DNA of 24,000 bases from Escherichia coli (lineage in GTDB: Bacteria > Pseudomonadota > Gammaproteobacteria > Enterobacterales > Enterobacteriaceae). Made by a program: the position numbers and the translations under genes. This document shows positions 8,054-18,031 of this stretch, one piece after another. Each line of letters opens with the position of its first letter. Within the stretch, counting starts at the first letter, position 1. Location: NCBI RefSeq assembly GCF_048162985.1, contig NZ_CP182371.1, one strand, 5' to 3'. The notes below the pieces were generated by a model. The model saw nothing but the letters and a program-made list of their open reading frames with translations. It was not told the origin of the DNA and searched no databases.

Positions 8054-8803
8054 GTGAAAAAGTTACTGGCACTCACTGCGGTAGCTGCGCTTACCGGTAC
8101 GTTTTCAACGCTGACGCTGGCAGATGCGGATAAAACCGGTTTCTATATCACGGGTAAGGCTGGTGCATCTGTTATCACTCAGGATAATCAGCGCTTTAGT
8201 CAGGACTTTGGGGATGATGTTTATAAGTATAAAGGCGGTGACAAGAGCGATACGGTTTTTGGTGCTGGCCTTGCGGTGGGATACGACTTTTATCAGCACT
8301 ACAATGTCCCTGTACGCACGGAAGTTGAATTCTATGGTCGCGGCTCTGCGAATTCCCGCTATCCACTGGATACATGGGAGTCCCCGTCTGGAGATAATGG
8401 TTGGAAGGAAGACACACAAAACAGGCTCAGCGTGAATACCCTGATGGTGAACACGTATTATGATTTCAGAAACAGCAGTGCTTTCACTCCGTGGGTATCA
8501 GCCGGACTGGGTTATGCGCGGGTACATCATAAGGCAACATACACCGATACCTCCTGGAATAAATCAGGTGAAGTAAGTGATGCTTCTTCATTACATTACT
8601 CGGGATATGATAACAATTTCGCATGGAGCCTTGGTGTTGGCGTGAAATATGAGGTCACCCCGGATTTCAGTCTTGACCTTGCTTATCGCTATCTTGATGC
8701 AGGTGATTCAACCCTGACGTATGAAGACGGGCAGGATACATATAAATCCTCTGTTGATGTCAGAAGTAACGAATTTACGTTAGGTGCTACATACAGCTTC
8801 TGA
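8054..8803 (+). CDS. Outer membrane beta-barrel adhesin/invasin of the Hra/Hek/Tia family
   Basis: 249 aa; GTG start with an upstream GGAGAGG ribosome-binding site; signal peptide; DADKTGFYITGKAGASV..., AWSLGVGVKYEVTPDFSLDLAYRYLDAGDS...EFTLGATYSF with C-terminal F, typical of the heat-resistant agglutinin/Tia family. Confidence 0.83.
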   Translation: MKKLLALTAVAALTGTFSTLTLADADKTGFYITGKAGASVITQDNQRFSQDFGDDVYKYKGGDKSDTVFGAGLAVGYDFYQHYNVPVRTEVEFYGRGSANSRYPLDTWESPSGDNGWKEDTQNRLSVNTLMVNTYYDFRNSSAFTPWVSAGLGYARVHHKATYTDTSWNKSGEVSDASSLHYSGYDNNFAWSLGVGVKYEVTPDFSLDLAYRYLDAGDSTLTYEDGQDTYKSSVDVRSNEFTLGATYSF

Positions 8804-9014
8804 ATGTAATATCTGACTACACGTTGTTAAATTCAAAATCGCAGCGTGTGGTCTGATTTGATAGTTTAATACAACAGACACGTACCTTCATGGCACTTCC
8901 TCAGCCCCGGTTACATTCATTTGTACCAGATGTAAGTGGCGTAAAACCATTGTCCAAATAGTGGTTCTAAAAGATTAGATACTCATTTAGATATTATATA
9001 GCATAAGGTGATAT

Positions 9015-9368
9015 ATGGGATTTTGGGATGCTATAATGGGATTCGGTAAGCTTGCTTCTAATGCTGCTGCTGAAACGATGAAAAAAGCTAATTTCAATGT
9101 GTGGGATAAAATAAAATCATCTCCGGTAGAAAGAATTAACGATTTTTATAACCAAAATAATACATCTGAGCATAATCGGCCAGCATGCAGAGGATTGGCT
9201 ATTGCTGCTCTATGTTTTAGGGGGGATTGGAGCGGGGAGCGTTTATGGCGTGAAGATCAGGAGGCTGCTAATTGGTTAAAGAATTTTAGAATAAAAATTT
9301 CACTGGATACATGTGATTCTGCAGATGAACTACGTAAAATAATCGATCGTCTTACAGAACTGAATTGA
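9015..9368 (+). CDS. Uncharacterised protein, 117 aa (cassette gene 1)
   Basis: ATG start preceded by AAGGTG. MGFWDAIMGFGKLASNAAAETMKKANFNVWDKIKSSPVERINDFYNQNN...WREDQEAANWLKNFRIKISLDTCDSADELRKIIDRLTELN. Confidence 0.65.
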   Translation: MGFWDAIMGFGKLASNAAAETMKKANFNVWDKIKSSPVERINDFYNQNNTSEHNRPACRGLAIAALCFRGDWSGERLWREDQEAANWLKNFRIKISLDTCDSADELRKIIDRLTELN

Positions 9369-9458
9369 TTACTGGAGGTGAAGTTATTTTTATAGGGATA
9401 AATCGAAAATATTTACATGTCCCTGTAAGTGTTATTTATATATCGAGAGTGTGAGCCA

Positions 9459-9650
9459 ATGATTTTTCCCTGTCCACCCATTACATTTATCTGTACAAAT
9501 TGTCAATGGAGTAAAACTATTATTCATATGAATTGTACAGCAGGATTTTATGAATGTCCTGTGTGTGGAGAGAAAGTTATTTATAAACGTAAGGCTACAA
9601 TTACAGAAAATCTTTTTGCCAGAGCAATACAATTGTTTCTCAAAAAATAA
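9459..9650 (+). CDS. Small zinc-ribbon-like protein (cassette gene 2)
   Basis: In-frame ATG at 9459 within track ORF 9429..9650; CTNC-x17-CPVC double CxxC arrangement. Confidence 0.6.
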   Translation: MIFPCPPITFICTNCQWSKTIIHMNCTAGFYECPVCGEKVIYKRKATITENLFARAIQLFLKK

Positions 9651-9741
9651 TATTATTTAATTGGTGATAATACTGGTGTTCCGATATCTGTCGGAGATAG
9701 TTTTTAGAAAGTGATCGTGAAATTTTTAGGTGTTTTGTTGT

Positions 9742-10398
9742 ATGACTGATAATGAAAATATTCTCACGCCATCAAAAATCATAAAATTTCTGGATTACGC
9801 TTATGAAAAATCCATCGATGGTATTGGTATCCCAGGAATTGATACGGCACATAGTCTTGCGGAAAGTTATCTGAAAACGGGTAGTAGTTTAAAAGAACAG
9901 ATAAATAGCCTTATTCGATGGCAAAATACCAAGTCAGCCACATCAGGTTTTCTTACTGGTCTTGGAGGAATTATTACATTACCAGTAACTATACCGACCA
10001 ATATTTCAAGTGTCCTTTTCATTCAGGTCAGGATGGTTGCATCTATTGCGATCATGTGTGGCCAGGATATTCGTGATGATAAAGTCAGAACTATTGTTTA
10101 TACCTGTCTTGTAGGTAATGCTGCGAAAGATATTTTGAAGGAAGCAGGAATTCAGATAGGACAAAAGTTGACAACAAATGCAATTAGATGTATTAGTAAA
10201 GATATTATTGTAAAGATAAATAAGGCAGTCGGTTTCAGACTGCTTACAAAAACAGGTGCTACTGGTGTTATTAATATGTCAAAGTTTGTTCCTGTTGTAG
10301 GAGGAATCGTTGGTGGTAGTCTTGATGCGATAACAACCAACATCGTTGGTAATTATGCCAGAGATACATTCCTGAGTTTGATTGATAATGATTTATAA
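9742..10398 (+). CDS. EcsC-family-like protein (cassette gene 3)
   Basis: In-frame ATG at 9742 within track ORF 9730..10398. GFLTGLGGIITLPVTIPTNISSVLFIQVRMVASIAIMCGQDIRDDKVRTIVYTCLVGNAAKDILKEAGIQ...KFVPVVGGIVGGSLDAITTNIVGNYA resembles EcsC-family proteins. Confidence 0.68.
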   Translation: MTDNENILTPSKIIKFLDYAYEKSIDGIGIPGIDTAHSLAESYLKTGSSLKEQINSLIRWQNTKSATSGFLTGLGGIITLPVTIPTNISSVLFIQVRMVASIAIMCGQDIRDDKVRTIVYTCLVGNAAKDILKEAGIQIGQKLTTNAIRCISKDIIVKINKAVGFRLLTKTGATGVINMSKFVPVVGGIVGGSLDAITTNIVGNYARDTFLSLIDNDL

Positions 10399-10917
10399 AA
10401 TAAACGTTTCATAAAAAATAGTATTTGAGGTGTGCTGACGATAGTGGATACTGTAGTATTATTGTTTCAAGTTGCACAAATTTTAACTAACATTAGGTGT
10501 AAAATTATCCTGACTGGCAGGTAATACTGCCGCTTAATATGGAAAGGTTGTATTAAACTGCAAGGAGAATTTCATCGCATATCCTTACCCACAAAATTGG
10601 GTAGGGCAAGATCATGAACGTTTTTTGAACAAAAATAGAGTGATTGACCTGCTGAGCCTGTTGTGATCTTATGCTTTCTTTTAGAGGCATAAAGATGAAC
10701 ATCAATACTATTAAGCAGCATTTTTCCACATCCGTTCAATCGGATTCAGATTCGGACTATAAGGAGGAAGGTAATGCAACCTTATATTGACCACTTCCGC
10801 CCAGTCCTTTACTAACTGTGAGCGGTGGTAACCGCAGGGCAATCGCATGAAAAATAATGATACGTGACATGCAGGATAAATATGTCAACATAACCTTTTT
10901 TATCAAAGGGATATATT

Positions 10918-11341
10918 ATGTCTCATATACCGCCGGTTACCGATATATTCATCTCAATACATGATCCCTGTCAGCCCTGGACAAGTCAGGCACACTCTGG
11001 TTGATACATTGACCATTGCCGTTTGTGGTGTGCTGGTCGGTGCGGATAATTTTCAGGAAATTGAGCTCTGGGCAGGCAACGCATTGAGTGGCTCCGCCAG
11101 TTTTTTACCTCTAAAAAATGGCATACCTTCCCATGATACATTCGCCCGTCTTTTTGGGCTGATTGTCCCTGAGCAGTTTGAAGCTGCGTTCCGGCGATGG
11201 GGTTCAGAAGTCCTTCCTGTTTTATCTTCTCAGGTAGTCGCTATTGATGGAAAGACAAGTCGTCGCTCAGGAAGTCGCTGCCAGTCACCTCTTCATCGGG
11301 GGAATCAAAGCGCGATGGTTTATTGCAGCGACCTCGGTTGA
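10918..11341 (+). pseudogene. ISAs1-family transposase fragment, frameshifted and truncated
   Basis: MSHIPPVTDIFISIHDPCQPW (frame from 10918), then +1 frame VRHTLVDTLTIAVCGVLVGADNFQEIELWAG...NGIPSHDTFARLFGLI...VVAIDGKTSRRSGSR. The conserved C-terminal half is missing. Confidence 0.83.
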
Positions 11342-11442
11342 CTATATGCCTGCTCTTCTGGGGCTTAGCTGAGTTTCATTACATTTGTCCAGGTCAGGGG
11401 GAAGATCCTTACTGACCCCGGAATGGCATCCTGGTGCAGATA

Positions 11443-12498
11443 TTACTGATATTTCAGACTGTTCTGAAAGCAAATGTCTGCGGGGATCAGTTCTCCGGAA
11501 AACGGTAACATCCAGGGCCAGATCTCCTCCCCGTTCAATGTCCGTAATTTCTGAACGATTTCCTCAGAAAGACGATCATCAATTCTTTCCCGTAAGAGCT
11601 CCCGCTGCTGAAAAATGCTTTCATTCATTTCCTGATCATCTGCCCTTAACAGCATTTCAGCACACTTCATGAATTCAGCCCGTTCGCTCAGTACGCCAGA
11701 CTGGTTGTAGAGCCAGTTAACAAATAACAATGCCTCGGGATATTTTCCCCATAACGGGCAGAATGTTTCATAATACTGTCTGGCTGTATCCGGCTCAGAT
11801 GAATAATCATGCCAAAGGGCAAGCGGGAAGGGGTACAGATTTCCGCATAGAATCTCCGCGATATAAGTATTTTCTGCAAAGCCGCGCCGGAAAGCTGTCG
11901 CTGCCTTCACCGGCTCTCCATTAATAAAATGCAGAAGACCAAGCTCATACCAGTAAGGCGAAAATTCATCTGCATACTGCCGGAGAACACAGAGAGCCCG
12001 TTCATGGTCACCAGAACGCAACAGTTCCGGTCCCAGTAACCAGCGTGCTCCCGGATTATCTGAAGGATTGTAAGCCAGAATTTTATCAATGAGCATGACA
12101 GCATTCTGATGATGCTGCAGGTGCACATTCGCGAGGATGGCGGCGTAAAGGGCATTCAGAAAGGGCCTGTTTTCCGGATGTAACCAGCTGATTTCACCGG
12201 TGAAACCTTCAGGTATCAGTCGGTTACCTGCCGCCAGTCCTTTGAGTGCAATATTCAGCGCTTTTCGCGGTGTCTCCTGCTCCAGAAAGGCATATGCCAT
12301 GTATGCATACGCATCAATAAAATCCGGTTCCTGTTGTGTGATACGCTTCAGGGCATTGATATAAGACCTGTCGCTGATCTCATCCTCGTCAAAGGAGTCA
12401 AGCAGTTCGTTAAACTTCTCCAGTAGTGATTCATACCAGGTTTCCGGGAAAATGAAGCAGCCCTGATTATTCTTCACTTCAAAGCGTAATCTGTTCAT
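11443..12498 (-). CDS. Tetratricopeptide-like repeat protein of unknown function
   Basis: 351-aa intact ORF; repeated helical TPR-like segments (FIDAYAYMAYAFLEQETPRKALNIALKGLAAG; RWLLGPELLRSGDHERALCVLRQYADEF; YWYELGLLHFINGEPVKAATAFRRGFAEN). Confidence 0.72.
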   Translation of the reverse strand: MNRLRFEVKNNQGCFIFPETWYESLLEKFNELLDSFDEDEISDRSYINALKRITQQEPDFIDAYAYMAYAFLEQETPRKALNIALKGLAAGNRLIPEGFTGEISWLHPENRPFLNALYAAILANVHLQHHQNAVMLIDKILAYNPSDNPGARWLLGPELLRSGDHERALCVLRQYADEFSPYWYELGLLHFINGEPVKAATAFRRGFAENTYIAEILCGNLYPFPLALWHDYSSEPDTARQYYETFCPLWGKYPEALLFVNWLYNQSGVLSERAEFMKCAEMLLRADDQEMNESIFQQRELLRERIDDRLSEEIVQKLRTLNGEEIWPWMLPFSGELIPADICFQNSLKYQ

Positions 12499-12864
12499 AT
12501 GCTGAATCTGTTGTAAATCTGGAAAAACTTATAGTTCTCCAAGAATAAAGCCCACGGCAGTTTGTATCAAGTTTCTTCTCACACCGGTAACAGCCGGCCA
12601 GAGCTATTTTTGTGTTAGTCATGGATTCATTCTTTCAATGAGGAGCAATCAGCCTGACTGGTAATGATGCTGTAGAAATGTGACTACGAGGTCAGAACAG
12701 CAGTGTGCTGCTATATGAAAATGACGATGTGAAGCTACCATCATTTTGGGTGGGGTATCTTCGCTCATCAGATGATATTGAGTATGTCGCCTGAAGGCAG
12801 AAATCAAAAAATACAAATGGTAGTTAACTCCCCACCAACCGCTGTGGTTGGTGGGGGTGATGGC

Positions 12865-14058
12865 TTATTTCGTTTTTACGTTTTTCTCCATAAGTGAATC
12901 AATGTAATCAGCGTACCACTGCATCATTTCACGACGTCCATCCAGATATTGCGCATGGTTATAAGTGCCACGCATGACGTTTTTATCAACATGAGCAAGC
13001 TGGAGTTCAATCCAGGCTGAGCTGAAATCATGGTCATGGAGAATGGTGCTGAAGGTATGACGAAATCCGTGGGCTGTTGTCAGGGCATGCCAGCCTGACT
13101 GCTCAAGGAATTCATTGATACACTTGCGGTTTCGCGGGAGATCTTTTCTGAATGCACCAGGAATAATAAAGGCGGAATTACGCGATTCAGTGCGTGTTTT
13201 TATCTCCTCCAGTAACGCCAGTACCTGCCGTGAAAGCGGCACAACGTGCGGTCGTCGCATTTTCATTCTTTCTTTCGGAATAACCCACAGGGCCTCCGTG
13301 AAATTAATTTCGTCCCAGGTTGCCAGTCGCAGTTCTCCGGTGCGAACAGCGGTCAGAACCAGCATCCGCGTTGCCAGCGACATCAGATTTCCGGAAGCCG
13401 TTATCTGATACATGAAAGCTCCTATCTGTTCTTCAGAAAGCGTCCTGCGCTGTTGTTTTTCAGGAGGAAGCAGTACCCCGCTGAGTGTCGATGCCGGATT
13501 AACGGTTGCACGCCCTGTTGCTATGGCATAATCAAAAACCTGCGCACAGAGCTGGCGTGTTTTACGCAGTGCTTCAAGTTTTCCCTGTTCTTCTATAGTC
13601 CTCAGGACGTTCAGTATTTCCATGGGGCGGATCCCGGTCACAGGACGGTTTCCAAGAGCAGGGAAAACATGATTTTCAAGTCTTGCACGCTGGTCTGCCT
13701 GGTAACCTGTTGTCCATCGACGTGCCATATGAGTAAGCAGCTCCTCTGCAATGGTGCGAAATGTGCAGGCCATACTTTCCCTGATGGCAAGTTTTCGCGC
13801 CTGTTTTTCATACGACGGATCTTTACCTTCAGCCAGAAGTTTACGTGCTTCATCCCGCTTCTGACGAGCCTGAGCCAGTGATATGTCAGGATAGACACCA
13901 ATCACCAGTTTCTTTTCCTTACCGGCAAACCGGTACTTCAGATTCCAGTAACGGGCACCGGATTTTTTGACAAGAAGATAAAGGCCCTGACCGTCAGAAA
14001 GTTTGTAATCCTTGTCAGCAGGTTTAGCCGACTCAATTTGTCGAACAGTAAGTGGCAT
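12865..14058 (-). CDS. P4-like tyrosine integrase (DUF4102/phage integrase family)
   Basis: 397 aa; N-terminal MPLTVRQIESAKPADKDYKLSDGQGLYLLVKKSGARYWNLKYRFAGKEKKLVIGVYPDISLAQAR; catalytic signatures TAVRTGELRLATWDEI, HGFRHTFST and LAHVDKNVMRGTYNHAQYL. Confidence 0.94.
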   Translation of the reverse strand: MPLTVRQIESAKPADKDYKLSDGQGLYLLVKKSGARYWNLKYRFAGKEKKLVIGVYPDISLAQARQKRDEARKLLAEGKDPSYEKQARKLAIRESMACTFRTIAEELLTHMARRWTTGYQADQRARLENHVFPALGNRPVTGIRPMEILNVLRTIEEQGKLEALRKTRQLCAQVFDYAIATGRATVNPASTLSGVLLPPEKQQRRTLSEEQIGAFMYQITASGNLMSLATRMLVLTAVRTGELRLATWDEINFTEALWVIPKERMKMRRPHVVPLSRQVLALLEEIKTRTESRNSAFIIPGAFRKDLPRNRKCINEFLEQSGWHALTTAHGFRHTFSTILHDHDFSSAWIELQLAHVDKNVMRGTYNHAQYLDGRREMMQWYADYIDSLMEKNVKTK

Positions 14059-14075
14059 GAGTTACCCCTGAAATG

Positions 14076-14184
14076 TAGCCCCCAGAATAGCCCCCAAAAT
14101 CATCTTGATGTTCATGGAATATGATTGACCCCCAGAGAAAAGGAATTTCTGATGATATCTTATTTCAAAGGGGGTTAAAGGGGG
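14076..14184. repeat. Cluster of short C5/G5-containing repeats between integrase and glnH (candidate recombinase binding region)
   Basis: TAGCCCCCAGAA (14076-14087), directly followed by TAGCCCCCAAAA (14088-14099); TGACCCCCAGAGAA (14126-14139); AAAGGGGG at 14167-14174 and 14177-14184. Confidence 0.6.
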
Positions 14185-14275
14185 AGGGGTTAGCTCTGTT
14201 GAAATCAGTTGATATCAATAGATCCTCCCCAGAGGGGAGAGGGAACTGCCAGTGCGCTTTACAGGCGTAGCGTTA

Positions 14276-15037
<762 letters not shown>

Positions 15038-15072
15038 CTATCCACGGGACGATCCCCTGCGTGACATTCACA

Positions 15073-15094
15073 TATATGAAAAAATCGTGCCAGT
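15073..15094 (-). promoter_or_regulatory. Sigma-54 promoter of glnH (glnHp2-like)
   Basis: Reverse strand CTGGCACGATTTTTTCATATA, with a -24 TGGCAC element and a -12-like element at correct spacing upstream of glnH. Confidence 0.75.
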
Positions 15095-15165
15095 TTTGCA
15101 ACTCATTGATTTTTCGAGATGCGGCAAAAACGTGATGCACGATTTATAGGGCAATACCCTGAAGA

Positions 15166-15195
15166 TGCACCATTCTGGGGCACCAAACTGGTGCG
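15166..15195. promoter_or_regulatory. Two overlapping NtrC-type binding sites upstream of glnH
   Basis: TGCACCATTCTGGGGCA (15166-15182) and GGCACCAAACTGGTGCG (15179-15195), matching TGCACY-N5-RGTGCA. Confidence 0.75.
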
Positions 15196-15357
15196 CTAAA
15201 ATTGTGCACTCAACACAGTGATTATTTAGCGTAAAACCTGATGAAAAAACAATCTTTATGTAACGATTGTGTGATGATGTGGATACAAAAAATTTACTTA
15301 ACCAGCTGGGGATAGCAGATGGATGCACTAAATAAGTGCGTTGAGGCGGGCTACAAA

Positions 15358-15390
15358 ACAAAACGGCCTCCTGTCAGGAAGCCGCTTTTA
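15358..15390 (-). terminator. Rho-independent terminator downstream of dps
   Basis: Reverse strand AAAAGCGGCTTCCTGACAGGAGGCCGTTTTGTTTT: stem followed by a T-rich run. Confidence 0.8.
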
Positions 15391-15425
15391 TCGTGTACTA
15401 AAGTTCTGCACCATCAACGATGGAT

Positions 15426-16073
<648 letters not shown>

Positions 16074-16227
16074 TTAGTTATATTGATAAGAACAATTCTT
16101 ATTTATTGGCTCGCCAGGAATTTTCGGAATAAATATGCTTTTGCATAATTCGATATATAAAGACGGTGTAGAGGAAAAGTAGCGAGAAATTCTGCATGGT
16201 TATGCATAACCATGCAGAAATGTAAAT

Positions 16228-17115
16228 TTAATTAATGTCTAATTCTTTTATTTTGCTCTCTTTGCGTACTGTCAGCGTAGACCCCATTGAAGCGGCGATG
16301 ATAGCGCCGAGCGCCAGCAGCTGTATGGGTGTCAGTGTTTCTCCGAGGAAAATCATCCCGGAAACGGCAGCCAGCGCCGGTTCCATGCTCATCAGCGTAC
16401 CAAATGTCCGTGTTGGCAAACGGGTGAGGGCAATCATTTCCAGCGAATAAGGCAGAGCGGTCGAGAGAATAGCGACCGCCAGACCCAATGGAATAACCGA
16501 CCAGTGCCAGAGTGCTTCACCAGCCTGAAGCGCTCCAATTGGCACGAAAATTAACGCTGCAATCAACGAACCAATAGCCACCGTCGCAGGGCCATGTTCC
16601 GCTCCTGCGCGTTGCCCACTTAAAATGTAAATAGCCCAACAAGCCCCGGCCCCCAGTGCCAGCGCACAGCCGATTAAATCGACATGGGAAACGTCTTGCC
16701 CCAGCGGTAGCAGGAACCACAGACCAAGAACCGCCAGCACAACCCAGACGAAATCTACCGGGCGACGAGAAGAGAACAGCGCCACCGCCAGTGGTCCGGT
16801 GAACTCCAGCGCCACCGCAATACCCAGCGGTACCGTCTGAATAGAAAGATAAAAAAGATAATTCATCCCCCCCAGCGAAACGCCGTAAAACAACAGCGGT
16901 AACCGTTGCTCTTTGGCAAAGCGCAGTCGCCATGGCTTAAAGAACGCGATGAGGATCAGCGTTCCTAATGCCAGACGCAGCGCAGTGACACCCGGTGCGC
17001 CCACCAGAGGAAAAAGTGACTTAGCTAACGAGGCTCCACCCTGAATAGACGCCATGGCAACGAGCAATATGACTATTGGTAACCAGACCGGCATTTTACG
17101 TAATGAACCAGGCAT
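16228..17115 (-). CDS. rhtA: Threonine/homoserine exporter
   Basis: 295-aa EamA-type transporter MPGSLRKMPVWLPIVILLVAMASIQGGASLAKSLFP... Confidence 0.96.
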   Translation of the reverse strand: MPGSLRKMPVWLPIVILLVAMASIQGGASLAKSLFPLVGAPGVTALRLALGTLILIAFFKPWRLRFAKEQRLPLLFYGVSLGGMNYLFYLSIQTVPLGIAVALEFTGPLAVALFSSRRPVDFVWVVLAVLGLWFLLPLGQDVSHVDLIGCALALGAGACWAIYILSGQRAGAEHGPATVAIGSLIAALIFVPIGALQAGEALWHWSVIPLGLAVAILSTALPYSLEMIALTRLPTRTFGTLMSMEPALAAVSGMIFLGETLTPIQLLALGAIIAASMGSTLTVRKESKIKELDIN

Positions 17116-17467
17116 CCTTTCTCCCACAAATATCTAGACTTAAGTAAAGCGTGGAGTGTACTGGATATACCCAATGCTGGTTGAGCATTTGTTGAAAAAA
17201 TTTTCCCCCGTTTTGACTAAAATGCGCCAGGATTGATGGAATCATTAGTCTGGTGATTAGGAATAATCTGGATGAATGACAGGGAAAACATGCGTAATAC
17301 TTACGCAGTTCTCTGAAAAAGTGATTTAAATTTAGATGGATAGCGGTGTATGGAAACGTTCTGTTACATGAAATGGCCCGTTAGACATCACAAATCGCGA
17401 AGAGTTTCCCATTAATTTTTGATATATTTAAAACTTAGGACTTATTTGAATCACATTTGAGGTGGTT

Positions 17468-17983
17468 ATGAAAAAAATTGCATGTCTTTCAGCACTGGCC
17501 GCAGTTCTGGCTTTCACCGCAGGTACTTCCGTAGCTGCAACTTCTACCGTAACTGGCGGTTACGCACAGAGCGACGCTCAGGGCCAAATGAACAAAATGG
17601 GCGGTTTCAACCTGAAATACCGCTATGAAGAAGACAACAGCCCGCTGGGTGTGATCGGTTCTTTCACTTACACCGAGAAAAGCCGTACTGCAAGCTCTGG
17701 TGACTACAACAAAAACCAGTACTACGGCATCACTGCTGGTCCGGCTTACCGCATTAACGACTGGGCAAGCATCTACGGTGTAGTGGGTGTGGGTTATGGT
17801 AAATTCCAGACCACTGAATACCCGACCTACAAACACGACACCAGCGACTACGGTTTCTCCTACGGTGCTGGTCTGCAGTTCAACCCGATGGAAAACGTTG
17901 CTCTGGACTTCTCTTACGAGCAGAGCCGTATTCGTAGCGTTGACGTAGGCACCTGGATTGCCGGTGTTGGTTACCGCTTCTAA
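17468..17983 (+). CDS. ompX: Outer membrane protein X
   Basis: MKKIACLSALAAVLAFTAGTSVAATSTVTGGYAQSDAQG...VGYRF, 171 aa. Confidence 0.98.
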   Translation: MKKIACLSALAAVLAFTAGTSVAATSTVTGGYAQSDAQGQMNKMGGFNLKYRYEEDNSPLGVIGSFTYTEKSRTASSGDYNKNQYYGITAGPAYRINDWASIYGVVGVGYGKFQTTEYPTYKHDTSDYGFSYGAGLQFNPMENVALDFSYEQSRIRSVDVGTWIAGVGYRF

Positions 17984-18000
17984 TCACTTCGGTGATATAA

Positions 18001-18026
18001 AAAATCCGCCTCTCGGGGCGGATTTT
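18001..18026. terminator. Bidirectional rho-independent terminator between ompX and opgE
   Basis: AAAATCCGCC-TCTCGG-GGCGGATTTT. Confidence 0.9.
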
Positions 18027-18031
18027 TGTTT

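Noticed and set aside
12540-12820. Short in-frame tail ENDDVKLPSFWVGYLRSSDDIEYVA* (+ strand)
   Set aside because: May be the remnant of a lost gene, but too short to assign or call as a feature.
13246-13881. 211-aa plus-strand ORF inside the integrase gene (also 13638-13901 minus)
   Set aside because: Antisense or alternate-frame shadows of the well-supported integrase ORF.
14076-14099. CRISPR-like direct repeat
   Set aside because: Only two abutting 12-mers with no spacers; more consistent with recombinase-binding or simple repeats. No CRISPR array or cas gene seen anywhere in the window.
14226-14238. tRNA-based attachment site at the island junction
   Set aside because: No tRNA cloverleaf or tRNA 3' end could be found between the integrase and glnH.
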